DNA from: Diplonema japonicum
Taxonomy: Eukaryota; Protista; Euglenozoa: Diplonemea
Direction: 5' to 3'
Length of the DNA: 64,000 nucleotides
NCBI GenBank assembly: GCA_964019335.1
Contig: OZ025739.1
Coordinates: forward strand, 124,001-188,000
Shown here: one piece after another, positions 30,614 through 42,108 of the stretch
Layout: every line of letters begins with the position of its first letter
Numbering within the stretch: the stretch's first letter is position 1
Position numbers and translations under genes: made by a program
Notes under the pieces: generated by a model
Seen by the model: only the letters and a program-made list of their open reading frames with translations
Told to the model about the DNA's origin: nothing
Database searches by the model: none

Positions 30614-33319
30614 ATGGGATGCACTGACAGCAAGCAAAAACAAAACCCACGGCACAATAACAAGAGTTTCGACGCGACCAGCAGAAGCGGGAGTTCTGTA
30701 ACCACTTGTAGATCGTTCTCGTCTGGTTGCAGCGATGAGGGGGATAACTGGTGCAGAAAAGGCGAGCCGAAAAGACTGAAGCGGGAAACCTGTTGGGAAG
30801 GAGAACAGCAAGAATGGCAGGAACTGATGGAGGAAGCGAGAAAGGTAAAAGTGACCCTTTTGGGGAAACAAAAAGCAAGCCACGACAACACCCCGGACGA
30901 CAGCGAAGATTCCTTCGAACGATCCGCCAAAAAAATCCAAAGATGGTTCAAAAGAATAACCCTTTGTAAGAAATGGGAAACAATGTACTACAGAAGAATA
31001 TGGCAAATCCTTGACAAATGGGACGAACGAAACGCGGTAAGAACTGCTCCGAAATCTCCTGGACTATCCCGTTCAAGGTCGAGCTTCACCAACAAGGACA
31101 TTTCAAAAATCGCAAACGAGCAAACTTTCAACTCGACCGTCGAAAATCTTGCAATGGGAATACCGTTCAAGGCAAAAACTCTGTCAACGCTTCTATCAGT
31201 CGGCACGGAACATTTCAAGACAATCGACAATATCCAAGAAACCTCCCCGACAGACAACACGTGGAAATGCATTGTAGTTGGCGATACCCACGGCCAGCTT
31301 CAAGACGTAATCAGAATTATAAAAATACACGGCCCGCCCATTCCGGGTCAAACCGTGTACATCTTTAATGGCGATTACGTCGACAGAGGCCCGCATGGAT
31401 GCGAAGTTGTTGGATTAATCTTATTGATGTATTTTGCATTTCCCGGAGGTGTGTACCTGAACAGGGGGAACCACGAAGACGATGTCGTGGCCTCAGGACA
31501 CAATTTCTACTCAGATGTCATGCAAAAATACGACGCCGAAATGTACCAGCATTTCATTGATTTCTTCAACACGTTGCCCCTATGCACGTTGATCAATAAC
31601 GATACACTCGTCGTTCACGGTGGTGTACCTCGCCATATGGTCACTCTTGAGTACATCAACGGGATTAACAGGTACGGTGCTGTTCCATTATGCGGAAGAA
31701 GGGATCTTGACAAGGATCGAAACATTATATGTGATCTTCTTTGGTCTGACCCGTCAAATTTTAAAGGGACAAAGTTCAACTGTATGCGTGGGCAGGGTAC
31801 CATCTTCGGTCCGGACGTCACAGAATCTTTTTGCAACATGCAAAGCCCTCCTTTAAAACACATTATTCGTTCGCATGAATGCCAGCAAGCCGGTTATTCC
31901 ACCACGCATCACGGTCTCGTTACAACTGTCTTTTCTGCGTCCGATTACGCTGGTGTTGAAACCAACAGAGGAGCGGTTGTTGTTGTGACCCCCGATAAAA
32001 AAGGAGGGTTGCATATAACCCACCATCAGTTTAAAGTCCACGCTTCCAGTTTAACATCATACCTCCCACCTCGCGAGTGTAACGGTCTCATCGTTAGGGA
32101 AGAGGTGCTCAGAATGGTCCGTGAGGTAATGGCAGAATCGCAACATTATTTAATGGTGTCTCTTGAAGCTGTCGATTCAGCACGAAAAGGCGTATTATCC
32201 GTGAATGATTGGTGTTCCGAAATGAGAAAGCTGATCAGGGTTCCTTGGGCGACACTTCGTCGAGAACTGAACGGTGAAGCCGGTGAGGACAACAATGTCA
32301 AATACATCGAAATGCTGCGACAGGTAACATGCCCGCTGGAAACAATCCTCGCAAAGAAATGGGTTTTTTATTTCGTGAAATGGGTCCTACACTTCTCACG
32401 GATAAACGGAAGGCTATCGATCGAAGGCGAAGCGGACCCTGTCAAGGGATTGTTCAAACACGCGAACAAATCGAAAACCGGTGTTCTTTCATACACGGAA
32501 TTTCACAGGCTTGTAACCCACGAATTATCATGTGGAATATGCGACCGAACAGCGTTGCTGCTCTACTTTCAAATGTTGGAGCAAGACGCAGCGGGTGTTA
32601 CCATGGAACGGTGGATGGAGATCGCAAGCATCGCTTCGAAAAAATCGCTGTTCATGACGAACTTGAAAGCTGGCGGGACCATCAACAGCAGTCGTACCTT
32701 CTCAATGTGGGACCTCTGGCTTCTCGATCGGTTCAGGGAGGTTCTCATCAAAATTCGCGATCCTGTAACCGCGTTCAGATACCTAGACAGCAGGGGGGAG
32801 AAACAACTCGACGCCGATAACTTGAAAATGACAATCTCGAGGATGAGTTTAAACCTTGACACCTCTAAAACCCAACGCTTCACCCGCGTGCAGCTGAGCG
32901 AGGAGGAAACCGTCCGCGACATCTGTGAACTTTTCGGAGTTGTGGAGGACGATCTCAACTTTGTAAACAACAGTAAAACAGAACTCGAGATTAAAACATG
33001 GCCTCTGTGCCCATCACAGCTCGAAACATGGACCCGCAACGCGCATATTTTACCCCCTTCAGTGGGAGACACTGTTGAGGTCTACCGCCGTGACGCGTGG
33101 CAGGCAGGTACTCTTGGTTGCAACAATATGGTGCAGTTTCAAGGGGGTGAGGCGGAAGTTCTTCCAGAGGATTATCGCAGGCCGCCTGTTATTACATATG
33201 AGCACTTCATAGCGATGTGGGTGTGTCACAACCAAAAAAGTTTCGAGTCGTACTCTCCCAAAAACATGCCCAAGCGTATTGACAATGTTCTTGGTGCGTG
33301 GATGAAATGTACTCCATGA
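30614..33319 (+). CDS. PPEF: PPEF/PP7 (RdgC-like) Ser/Thr phosphatase with MGC acylation motif, IQ motif and degenerate EF hands
   Basis: GDTHGQ, NGDYVDRG, NRGNHE, HGG, DLLWSDP, IRSHE, TVFSASDY; AKKIQRWFK; N-terminal MGC. Confidence 0.88.
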   Translation: MGCTDSKQKQNPRHNNKSFDATSRSGSSVTTCRSFSSGCSDEGDNWCRKGEPKRLKRETCWEGEQQEWQELMEEARKVKVTLLGKQKASHDNTPDDSEDSFERSAKKIQRWFKRITLCKKWETMYYRRIWQILDKWDERNAVRTAPKSPGLSRSRSSFTNKDISKIANEQTFNSTVENLAMGIPFKAKTLSTLLSVGTEHFKTIDNIQETSPTDNTWKCIVVGDTHGQLQDVIRIIKIHGPPIPGQTVYIFNGDYVDRGPHGCEVVGLILLMYFAFPGGVYLNRGNHEDDVVASGHNFYSDVMQKYDAEMYQHFIDFFNTLPLCTLINNDTLVVHGGVPRHMVTLEYINGINRYGAVPLCGRRDLDKDRNIICDLLWSDPSNFKGTKFNCMRGQGTIFGPDVTESFCNMQSPPLKHIIRSHECQQAGYSTTHHGLVTTVFSASDYAGVETNRGAVVVVTPDKKGGLHITHHQFKVHASSLTSYLPPRECNGLIVREEVLRMVREVMAESQHYLMVSLEAVDSARKGVLSVNDWCSEMRKLIRVPWATLRRELNGEAGEDNNVKYIEMLRQVTCPLETILAKKWVFYFVKWVLHFSRINGRLSIEGEADPVKGLFKHANKSKTGVLSYTEFHRLVTHELSCGICDRTALLLYFQMLEQDAAGVTMERWMEIASIASKKSLFMTNLKAGGTINSSRTFSMWDLWLLDRFREVLIKIRDPVTAFRYLDSRGEKQLDADNLKMTISRMSLNLDTSKTQRFTRVQLSEEETVRDICELFGVVEDDLNFVNNSKTELEIKTWPLCPSQLETWTRNAHILPPSVGDTVEVYRRDAWQAGTLGCNNMVQFQGGEAEVLPEDYRRPPVITYEHFIAMWVCHNQKSFESYSPKNMPKRIDNVLGAWMKCTP

Positions 33320-34014
33320 GGGGGGGGGGGGGAGGGGGAGAGGAGGAATGCCAGCTTGTGTTTATGCACTAGTTGAGGGGGGAGGGGAGAAAAAAAAAAA
33401 ACCGAGAATGAAAAAAAAAAAAATCTGGCAAAGAAGCTGATCAGACGTGTTAATAGGCCTGTGAAAATCGAGCCACATCGTTGGCATCATGTGGCGGCCA
33501 GTGCCAGCTTTTTTTTTTTAACGCCTTATTTACTTACTTACGAAGTAAGGAATGGAGGAAAGTGAACAGAGGGGGGGGGGGGGGGATGAACTATTCTCCC
33601 CCCCCCTCCCAAAGAAATAAAACTAAAAAAGAAAATGAAACAACGTTTTTTTTTGTTTTGCTTTTTCTTTCTTTCCCAGTAGAGTAGTGGTGGAGCAGAT
33701 TAGCTGCTTGTTGGTTACACTTCTCCCCACCTCCCGCATGTATGCAAACTTTTTCTTTTGTTTGTACTGAGTAAAACCCCTAATGGATCAGGCCCTATTT
33801 ACGGTACTCTCATTATTACTTGTTGATTTGAATGCTCGGAAAAAAAAAAAATAATAACAACCATTGAAAGATATATAGGGATATACAGGGAAAGGGTAAA
33901 ATGTACCACAAATTCTTAAATCCCAACTGTCAAAATCAGATGACTTCGTGCAAAAAAAAAATTTTTTTTTTTCGAAATAGAGACAAAAACGCCCGCTTGG
34001 TCCTTTAGAGATTC

Positions 34015-34045
<31 letters not shown>

Positions 34046-34205
34046 AGAAGACTTAAAATTTCTCTTTAGTTTAATATTCTTTTCTATATATTACTTGTGC
34101 AAACAACACAAAAGACGTAAAGCTTTATTTTTTTTTTCTGGTGACCGATTAGTGTGAATTTCTACTTGAACAGTTGAGCACCCCCATGCACACTGAAACT
34201 TTATC

Positions 34206-34258
<53 letters not shown>

Positions 34259-34887
34259 TGTACGTTCCTTTCCTCGAAGTAGAATTGTGTACTCAATTTC
34301 TTTTCTTTACAACAAAAAAAAGTAAGTACCCTCGGATTTATGTGCACACGATATAAAATCTGAGTAAGTATCACCCACACTTTTTTTTTTAAGTTCTTCT
34401 TTACAAGAATACCGAGCAGTACTTGTTAAATACTTTTAAAAAAAAAGCTTTATTTTCCCTTTTTCTTTTTCTTTTTTTTTTTGCTCCCTGCTTCACATTT
34501 TGACATGTGGATGCATTCAAAAAAAAAAAAACTCAAAAAAATTTTTCCACCCCAGTAAAAAAACCCCCCTCCCTCCCCTCTTTTCGTATAGCTTTTCTTT
34601 ATTACTCGCCATGTTATTTACAAAACAAAATCTGATTTTGAGTGGATTAGTTGCTGATACTTTTTTTTCCTTTCTTTCTTTTTTTTTTTGTTTGTTCTTC
34701 ATCTATATGTGTTGCTCATGCTTTCGTGGTATTTAACAACAAAAAATTCTCCCTTTTTTTTTTTCTCTTTTTTCCCTCTTCCCCCTTGCTTCTTTGCCCA
34801 TACCTTCACACACACGCAAACCAAACAAAAAAAAAGGGGGGAAGGCCGCCCTTTAAAAAAAAGAAGAAAAAAAAGAAAAAAAATACA

Positions 34888-37800
34888 ATGCTGCGTTACG
34901 GGGGTTATGGAGGAGGACAGTTTTTGCCGCCTAGTTATTGGGCTGCAAGAGGTGACGTTAACCAAGGGCAACAGGTGAATGATGTTAATGGGAGCCCGCA
35001 GAGGGGGGCACCACAAGCCCCTATGCAAGTATCCGCGGGAATGCCAACTGGAATGCAGCTGGGCATGGGGGTACAAATGCCAGGAGCTACACCTGCATCA
35101 CAAAAACCTCAAAAGCGGAAAAGGCCAAAACAAGCGAAGGAAGATGCAAACGGAAAACTGCTCCCCAAGTTCACTTCGAGGAAATCCCTGAACAGCTGCT
35201 CCCAGAAGGTGAAGGACCACAACGCAGCCACCCACTCCCACGTGCAACACCTCTTCGATGCCCTGCTCATGAAGGGGCCAAAACACGAGTTCAATCACAC
35301 AGCAATGCTCATTCAAGTTATGTGTGATGAAAGCTACCAGTGCATCACCCCGGCTGCTGTCGACCCCGGGACCGAGCTGCTTGCCCTCCCCCACTCCGAC
35401 CTCGTCGTCATGGTGAAGAAGAACCAGCGGGATGCGCAGTGGAACACGAATTGGAAGCAGTACTGCTCCTCGCATGCTCCTAGCAGGCGTAGAGACCCTG
35501 CTGCTCATGTGGCCGCCTTTCTTGCTTCTGCTGTTACTTATTGCAACCGGAAGGCACAGGAAAGCAAGGAACAAGAGCACCCTGGTCTCTTCCTCTTATC
35601 CACCGTGTCCGGGACGGAGTTCAAAGGCTTGCACACGCTGTTGGACGCGAGTGGTGTCATCTCTTCGCCGCACACGTCGCCTGCCCCTGCTGCATCCACA
35701 CCATCGCCCACGCCGTCGCTCGCACCTAACCAGTCGCCTACGCCTGCAAATACGAGCCCCACCCCCTTCCCTGCCCCTGCGCCTACTCTTGTTCCTGTTG
35801 CGTCGTACATGCAGCCTCCTAATCCGTCGCATGTGTCTCAGCAAGCGAACCCTGCCATGCCCCCCTCGTCTCATATGTCCATGGCTCCGCAAGGAGTCCC
35901 TGGGGCGATGTCAGTCGCTCAAGGTGTGCAGCAGGTATCCCAAGCACCCCCAACGCCGCCGATGCAGCACATGCAGCAGCCGCCGCAGCAGCTGCCCGCA
36001 ACCAACACAACGGCGTCTCCCACATCGCAGGGCATGCACTTGCCGCACGTGCAGCAGAGCAGCTTCCCTGCAGCATCTAACGCACCCAAGCCCCCTCCGC
36101 ACCCGCCTGGTGTCGGCGGTGTGCTCATCATGCCGCAACAGGCGATGCAACAATTGCAATCAGCACCCGGCATGTGCCAGGGTCCCTTCCCGCCTGGGCA
36201 GGAGCAGCACCAGATGATGCCAGGGCATGTAACCCCCCCTGCACCGGGCTCCGCTGTGCACTCGCGAACGACATCCTTCGACATTGATGGTTGGAACCAG
36301 CCTAGCAGGGCCCCGCCCCCGCACCCCATGCACAACAGGACCATCAGCATGGACTCCATGCCGCAGCTGCTGACAGGGTCGCCTCTGCCAGGAAGGCCGG
36401 GCACACACTCACGAACAACCAGCATCGAGACGCAATTCCCGCCAATGGGTTTGACACACTCTCCAAGAGCGCAGCAAGGCATGCGCAGAAGCATGCACAA
36501 CAGAACTATCTCTACCGACTCTCTGGGCGTGCCACCACACACCCTCCACAACCGTACCACCTCCTTTGAGGTCCCCCCTAGCCTGGTATCCGAACTGTCC
36601 ACAGCTTCGCCCTCACCGTGTCCGCCGTCACCCTTCGAGCAGGGGACGTACCCGCCACACATGTACTCCGACGGGCCCATCTCACCAATGGGGCCGCATG
36701 ACTGGTCGGGGCCGCCAGGACATCATCAGCAACCAAGCTGGAACAACCAGTCGCAGCCTGCACCCCAGCTGGAGCCGTACCTCATCGACAACAACACGTA
36801 CTGCATGAACCTTGCGAAGGGCAGCCAGTCAGGCGTCGTGGCACTGCGTCGGGAATGGTCCGGCGGCGTGGAGTACATGTTCGAAGGCATCACGATGAAG
36901 ATCTCCGAGAACTCTGGTTCCGTGCAGCTGACGGGGAACGTCTCGTGCTACATGTTGTTGAAGGAGGCGGCGGGGTTCCTCCAGGCACACTACCTGTCCA
37001 CCATCAAACCCCCAATGCCGGGGCAAGAAATCAAGCTGCCGCAAGGGATGGTTCCAGCAAAAGTGTTTGAGCCGCAGGTGGGCATGGACGTAGAGACACT
37101 GGGCGAAGTGGACAAGGTCAAACTGTGGCTAGACGCCACGGAAGGAGTTGGGTGGGTGGAGGAGCAGGCACCGTACTGCGGCCAGCCTGCGAAGGTCATC
37201 CGCTTCGACTCCGACGACAGGAGCGGGCACAAGTGCAGGCTGCGGTTCCCCAACGGCGTGGAGTACACATGGTCACTGGCTGCCTTGAAGGCACCCCCAG
37301 GGACCAAGCCTTATCCCCCACCACCGCCTCCTGAGGAACCCGCTCCTGCCCAAAGCTCACGTCATAAAAGGACAGTCCAGCCCCGCCAGCCGCTGCCTAC
37401 AGGAACCGTCAAGGTATGAGATCATCGCCATCCCATAACACCTCGTAACAACTGTTTGCAGGATCCGAACCTCATCACGGCGATTTCCTCAATCATCGCC
37501 CTTGTGGCTTGTGTTGCAAGGGATGAGAGCCTCCCGTTGCTGCCCAGGGTGCTCCCCCCTCGGCCTGAGTTTTGCATGAAGTGCGGGGCGAAGTGGGCGT
37601 TGGTGACAATGAAGCAGGTATATTTTTTTTTTTTTTCTCCAAAAAAAAAAAAAAAAAAAAAAAACCACTGCAGAGGAAAGGCTCTCGTCTGCGCTCTTAT
37701 CGTTTTGAGTGTAGCAAGTGTGAGACACAGCATTTGCAGTCCAAAGACACAGGGCTTTGCAGAGTTGCTCGGAAGGATCATTTGGCAACACCGAACGCAG

Positions 37801-37928
37801 CGAGACTGGCCAACAAGCTCGCCAGAAAGGGGAACGGCACTTCTAAAGGGAACGACACTGATGACGGTGGTGCCAGTAACACGCCGGCAGCATCGCCTCA
37901 GGAGGCCCAGGTCACGCCGAGTCAGTGA
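34888..37928 (+). CDS. Pro/Gln-rich protein with HxRxxS repeats and C-terminal zinc ribbon; join(34888..37413,37462..37617,37674..37928)
   Basis: Long ORF; two GT..CAG introns join CMKC and CSKC into a CxxC..CxxC pair. Confidence 0.75.
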
Positions 37929-39191
37929 CACGTGCGTTTTTTTTTTTTTTTTTTTTTTTTTTCTTCGATAAGGACAGACATCTTCATTCCCTATTTTTTT
38001 TATTATACCCCTCTCCTTCGCCATTGTGTCAGGTTGCTTTCTTTTTTTTTTTTTTTTTTTTTTTTTTCCTCTGTATGATGCGCATTCTTTTTGGGGACTC
38101 AAAGAAAAGAATACACGATAAACAAAAAAAAAAAGAAAACATAAGGTAAAAAGTCTCGTTTCTGGCTTATCTTTTTTTTTTCTTTTTTTTTTTCCAATAC
38201 TTTCAGAGTCTTCGGTTTCTCTCCTTTTCCCCGCACGCCGTGGTAACAATAGAATATCGAGAAGATCTATTTGTCCTCTTCATCTTCCTTCTTTTATTCA
38301 AAGAGAAAAAAATTGTTTTCTCTTCCCCCCCCCCTTTTTTTTCTTTCCGTTCTGTCATTAAAAAAAAAGAAAAGAAAAAAAGAAAAAAAACACACAAACA
38401 TTCGCAAGCCATCGACAAAAAATGGTATTTGTGAAGAGAAAAAAAAAAAAAAAAAGACCACTTTCATCCATCCTACCTTTTTTTTTTTTTTTTTTTCCCC
38501 TTTCCTTCTTTGTTTTACTTTGATTATTTAACACTAGCCGACTTTGGATAAAAGAACGAAAGGAAAAGAGGGGGAGGGGGGGGAGGGTGTGAAGAGGGGG
38601 GGAGAAAACAAATGTGTGATTTCCCTTCGCCAAGAGGAAAAGTACCCCCCCCCCCCCCCCCCCCCAGCAATAAGGTGGGGTTTTCTTTTTTTTTTCTTCT
38701 GACCTTTTCTTTTTGGGGAAATTAGAAGGGAAAAAAAAAAAAAAAAAACCCGAAAACTGCTGCAGGGCTCGATTGAAGATGAGTAGGCGTGATTCCCCCC
38801 CTTTTTTTTTAAAAAAAAAGATTTTTTATATGCTTTTGTTTTGTTTTATTTTATTTTTTCCTACTGCCCCACTCTCCTTTTTTTTTACTCAACACATGCA
38901 TTCGTCGGCTATAGTTAAAAATAGAACTTTTTTTTTTTCTTATTCTTGTTTGGTCTCGCAATTGCTGTTTAACCGGGAGTGGGGGGTGGGGGGCTCTTTG
39001 TTTTGAGATTAATACACTGTGTCACATCAAGAAGGGAAGGGAAAAAAAAAAAAAAAAAAGAGAGAAACACGGGTGGCAAGTACACCATTTATACATGTTG
39101 AGCCTGAAGTAGCTTTGATGAAAAGAAATTAAACAAAAAAAATTCCCCCCCCCCCAAAAAAAAACAAAGTCATAGTACCCACCATGTGATT

Positions 39192-39236
<45 letters not shown>

Positions 39237-39755
39237 ATAGTATCACGGGTGCTTTTTTTTTTTTTTTTCTTTTTCTTCTTTTTCAAAATTAAAAAGACGA
39301 GCGGAAGCTTTTTTCATAAGCAAAAAAAAAAGGAAAAAAAAAACTTTTTTGATCTTCTGTTCACATCCTACCCTCTCCACGACAATAAAAAAAAACTTGG
39401 CTAGTCTAGCCAACTTTCCGGGCCTCTTTTTTTTTTTTTTTTTTTTGCTCTCTTGTGTCAAAAAAAAAAAATCCCCACCCCAGCGAAATAGTTCTTTTTT
39501 TTTCCCTCTTAATTTAGACTTTAAAAAAAAAAAAACAAACCCCTTGGGCAATGAACACCATACAAAAAAAAAACTGGAAGGGGGGGAGGGGAAGGCACCT
39601 ATACCTTACTTTTTTTCTCCCCCTCCCGTGTCCCCCCCCCCTTTTTTTCTTTCATTTACGATTTCTTTTTCGCCTCACCCCTCCCCCCCAACTTTTCTTC
39701 AGTTTAATTTACATCGCAAAAAAAAAAAAAAGAGGGGGCCGGGAGGGGGGAAATC

Positions 39756-40520
39756 ATGAATCGGTTGGAAAGGATACCCAGCGAGCACCTCTTAAATTTA
39801 ATTCAAAGCGAACTGAGCGGTAAATCGAGAGAAGAGAAGAAAACAATGTCAGAAAAAGTTACGATACCTAGGCAACCGGTTCAAGCACGACTGGCCCCTG
39901 TTACAAATCAATTTTCACAACGAAGGGCGCCGAAGGGGAAGTCAGAATTACTTGAGATCGAAAGACGTCTGTCGAAGGCAATAGAAGAAATTAGAGGTCA
40001 CGGCGGAGATAGTTTTGAACTGTTGCTGGCTTACCGATCGGCTTTTGAAAGCCTGATCACTGCACTTGAGGGTAGCATTTTCGTGCCTTTGTTGAGTAAA
40101 ATCAAACTAGGCTACGAAACGTCTACCGTGAATAAATTTGAAAATAAAATAAGAGATCTGCAGCTCAATCTAATGGAGAAGGAGTCCCGTGTACAGCGGC
40201 TGAAAAAATCCTTATCAGTATCCAAAGCGCGACTTGAGGTGTTGCGGTTAGAGAATTCTACCCTGTTACACACTAAAGGGCTTCCCTCTGTGTGTCTCCG
40301 GGAAGACTCTGTCCCTTCTTCTGATTCCTTGCCTGTTGAAAAAGATGAGGGGAAGACAGGGGTGGCGGAATACGAACTGTCTCCCCCTGAAAGTCCTGGC
40401 GATTGTGTGCACCCCGCAACTCCGCTTGCAAGCGGTTCTTGGCTTTCCCTTTCTGTGCCGAATTCTGTCGAGCTTTCTCCGTTGGCGAAAGACACGGAAA
40501 CATCGCGAGGCAGCATGTGA
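39756..40520 (+). CDS. coiled-coil protein with TSNAXIP1_N-like segment
   Basis: LLAYRSAFESLI....FVPLLSKIKLGYE followed by a coiled coil; start could be 39846. Confidence 0.6.
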   Translation: MNRLERIPSEHLLNLIQSELSGKSREEKKTMSEKVTIPRQPVQARLAPVTNQFSQRRAPKGKSELLEIERRLSKAIEEIRGHGGDSFELLLAYRSAFESLITALEGSIFVPLLSKIKLGYETSTVNKFENKIRDLQLNLMEKESRVQRLKKSLSVSKARLEVLRLENSTLLHTKGLPSVCLREDSVPSSDSLPVEKDEGKTGVAEYELSPPESPGDCVHPATPLASGSWLSLSVPNSVELSPLAKDTETSRGSM

Positions 40521-40865
40521 GGGGGGGGGGGGGGGGGGGGGGAGAAACTTTACAGTTTCTGTTTATATATTTTTTTTACCCCTCCCCCTCACCCCTTACG
40601 GTTTTTTTTTCTCTTCTTTTTCCTGTTTTTAACAACACCTTTTTTTTTTCAACAAAAAAAAAGAAAAAGAACCAATATTAATGACCACTTTTTTTTTTTC
40701 TACGAAATCGTGTAGAAACCATTTTTTTTTTACCCCCCATTTTTTTTCTTCCCGGCTTGCACAAACTATCAGCCGACTCTTTTGTTTCATTCTTCCCCCC
40801 CCCCCCCCCCCCCCCCCTGGCAGTTTTATATCCCGAATTCTAAAAGGAAAAAAAAAAAAAAAAAT

Positions 40866-41732
40866 ATGGCAGTGAAATGCTTCGGTAGAGATGTTGTGAA
40901 GGCGGCCTTCGACAAGGGGTTCACACGGCTGGTTTACGTGACTGCTAGCTACCCTTGCGCAGACAAAATGACGGATGTTCTGATGGCGTTGCAGGAAAGC
41001 AAGATGGTGGACATCGTTGAGGTGGGAATTCCCTTCACAGACCCTGTGGGAGACGGGCCCGTCATTGAAGAGTGCGGACTCCACGCGTTGAACGAGAAGT
41101 GTACGAGCATATTCACAGTGATCGAGCTCTTGAGGAAAGCGAGAGAGAGCGGTTTCACGTTACCGGTGATTTTTATGGGGTATTATAATACTTTTTTGAC
41201 GGGGTGGATCGAGGCTGCGAAGGACCTTGTGTCCGGTGTCATCATTGTGGACCTTCCGTTTGAGGAACCACACACCCACGAGGTCATAGAACAGCTCAGA
41301 GCAAGCGATCTTTCCTTCGTCCCGCTTGTCACTCCTTTCACCTCGGGAGAGCGGATCAAAATGATCTCTTCTGTAGTCGACACATTTTTATACTGTACCT
41401 GCGTGATGGGGATTACAGGGGCGCGGGCTAGCCTTGACCAGTACCTCAAATCTGATTACCAACCGACATGGAAGACCATACAGGAAAACACAGGCTCAGC
41501 CAGGAAAATTCTGGGTTTCGGGGTGTCGAATAATGCTGCTGTGAAAGCAGTGCAGGATCTCGGTGCGTCTGGGCTTGTCGTTGGGTCGGCCATGATGAAG
41601 GTACGGGTGGGAAAAAAAAAAAAAAAAAAAAAAAAAAAACAGACTGTTGCTCAAAACAAAGACCTCCCCTCGGCCGAGCTCCGACCTGTCCTGGTGAAGT
41701 TCTTGCAAACATTGTTCGAGGGTACCAGATAG
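40866..41732 (+). CDS. trpA: tryptophan synthase alpha subunit; join(40866..41600,41643..41732)
   Basis: YVTASYP, EVGIPFTDPVGDGPVIE, PVIFMGYYN, IIVDLP.EE, GITGAR, GFGVS, VVGSA; 42-nt poly(A) intron. Confidence 0.93.
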   Translation: MAVKCFGRDVVKAAFDKGFTRLVYVTASYPCADKMTDVLMALQESKMVDIVEVGIPFTDPVGDGPVIEECGLHALNEKCTSIFTVIELLRKARESGFTLPVIFMGYYNTFLTGWIEAAKDLVSGVIIVDLPFEEPHTHEVIEQLRASDLSFVPLVTPFTSGERIKMISSVVDTFLYCTCVMGITGARASLDQYLKSDYQPTWKTIQENTGSARKILGFGVSNNAAVKAVQDLGASGLVVGSAMMKVRVGKKKKKKKKKQTVAQNKDLPSAELRPVLVKFLQTLFEGTR

Positions 41733-41962
41733 GGTTGGGGAGAGGGGGAAAAGAAAAAAAAAAAAGAGTTGTGTGTTTTTTTGTTTTTTTTTTGTTTTTT
41801 TGATTATTCTCCCCTCCTTCTTTCTCCCGTGGAAGCAAATTCAAACATTTTTACTTTTTTTTTGAACGACGAAAGGAAAAAAAAAGAAAGAAAAAAAAAA
41901 AAAAAAAAAAAAAACGGAAACCGATAGCTCCGGGACGGTGGGCTTTTTTTTTCCTCCCTTTT

Positions 41963-42008
<46 letters not shown>

Positions 42009-42108
42009 TTATCTGCGGCTGACTTCTTTTTTTTTTCCTCCTTTTTTTCCCCCTAAAAAATCTCGTCACCATGTCCTCCCGACAGATAAAAAAAAAAAAA
42101 AAAAAAAA

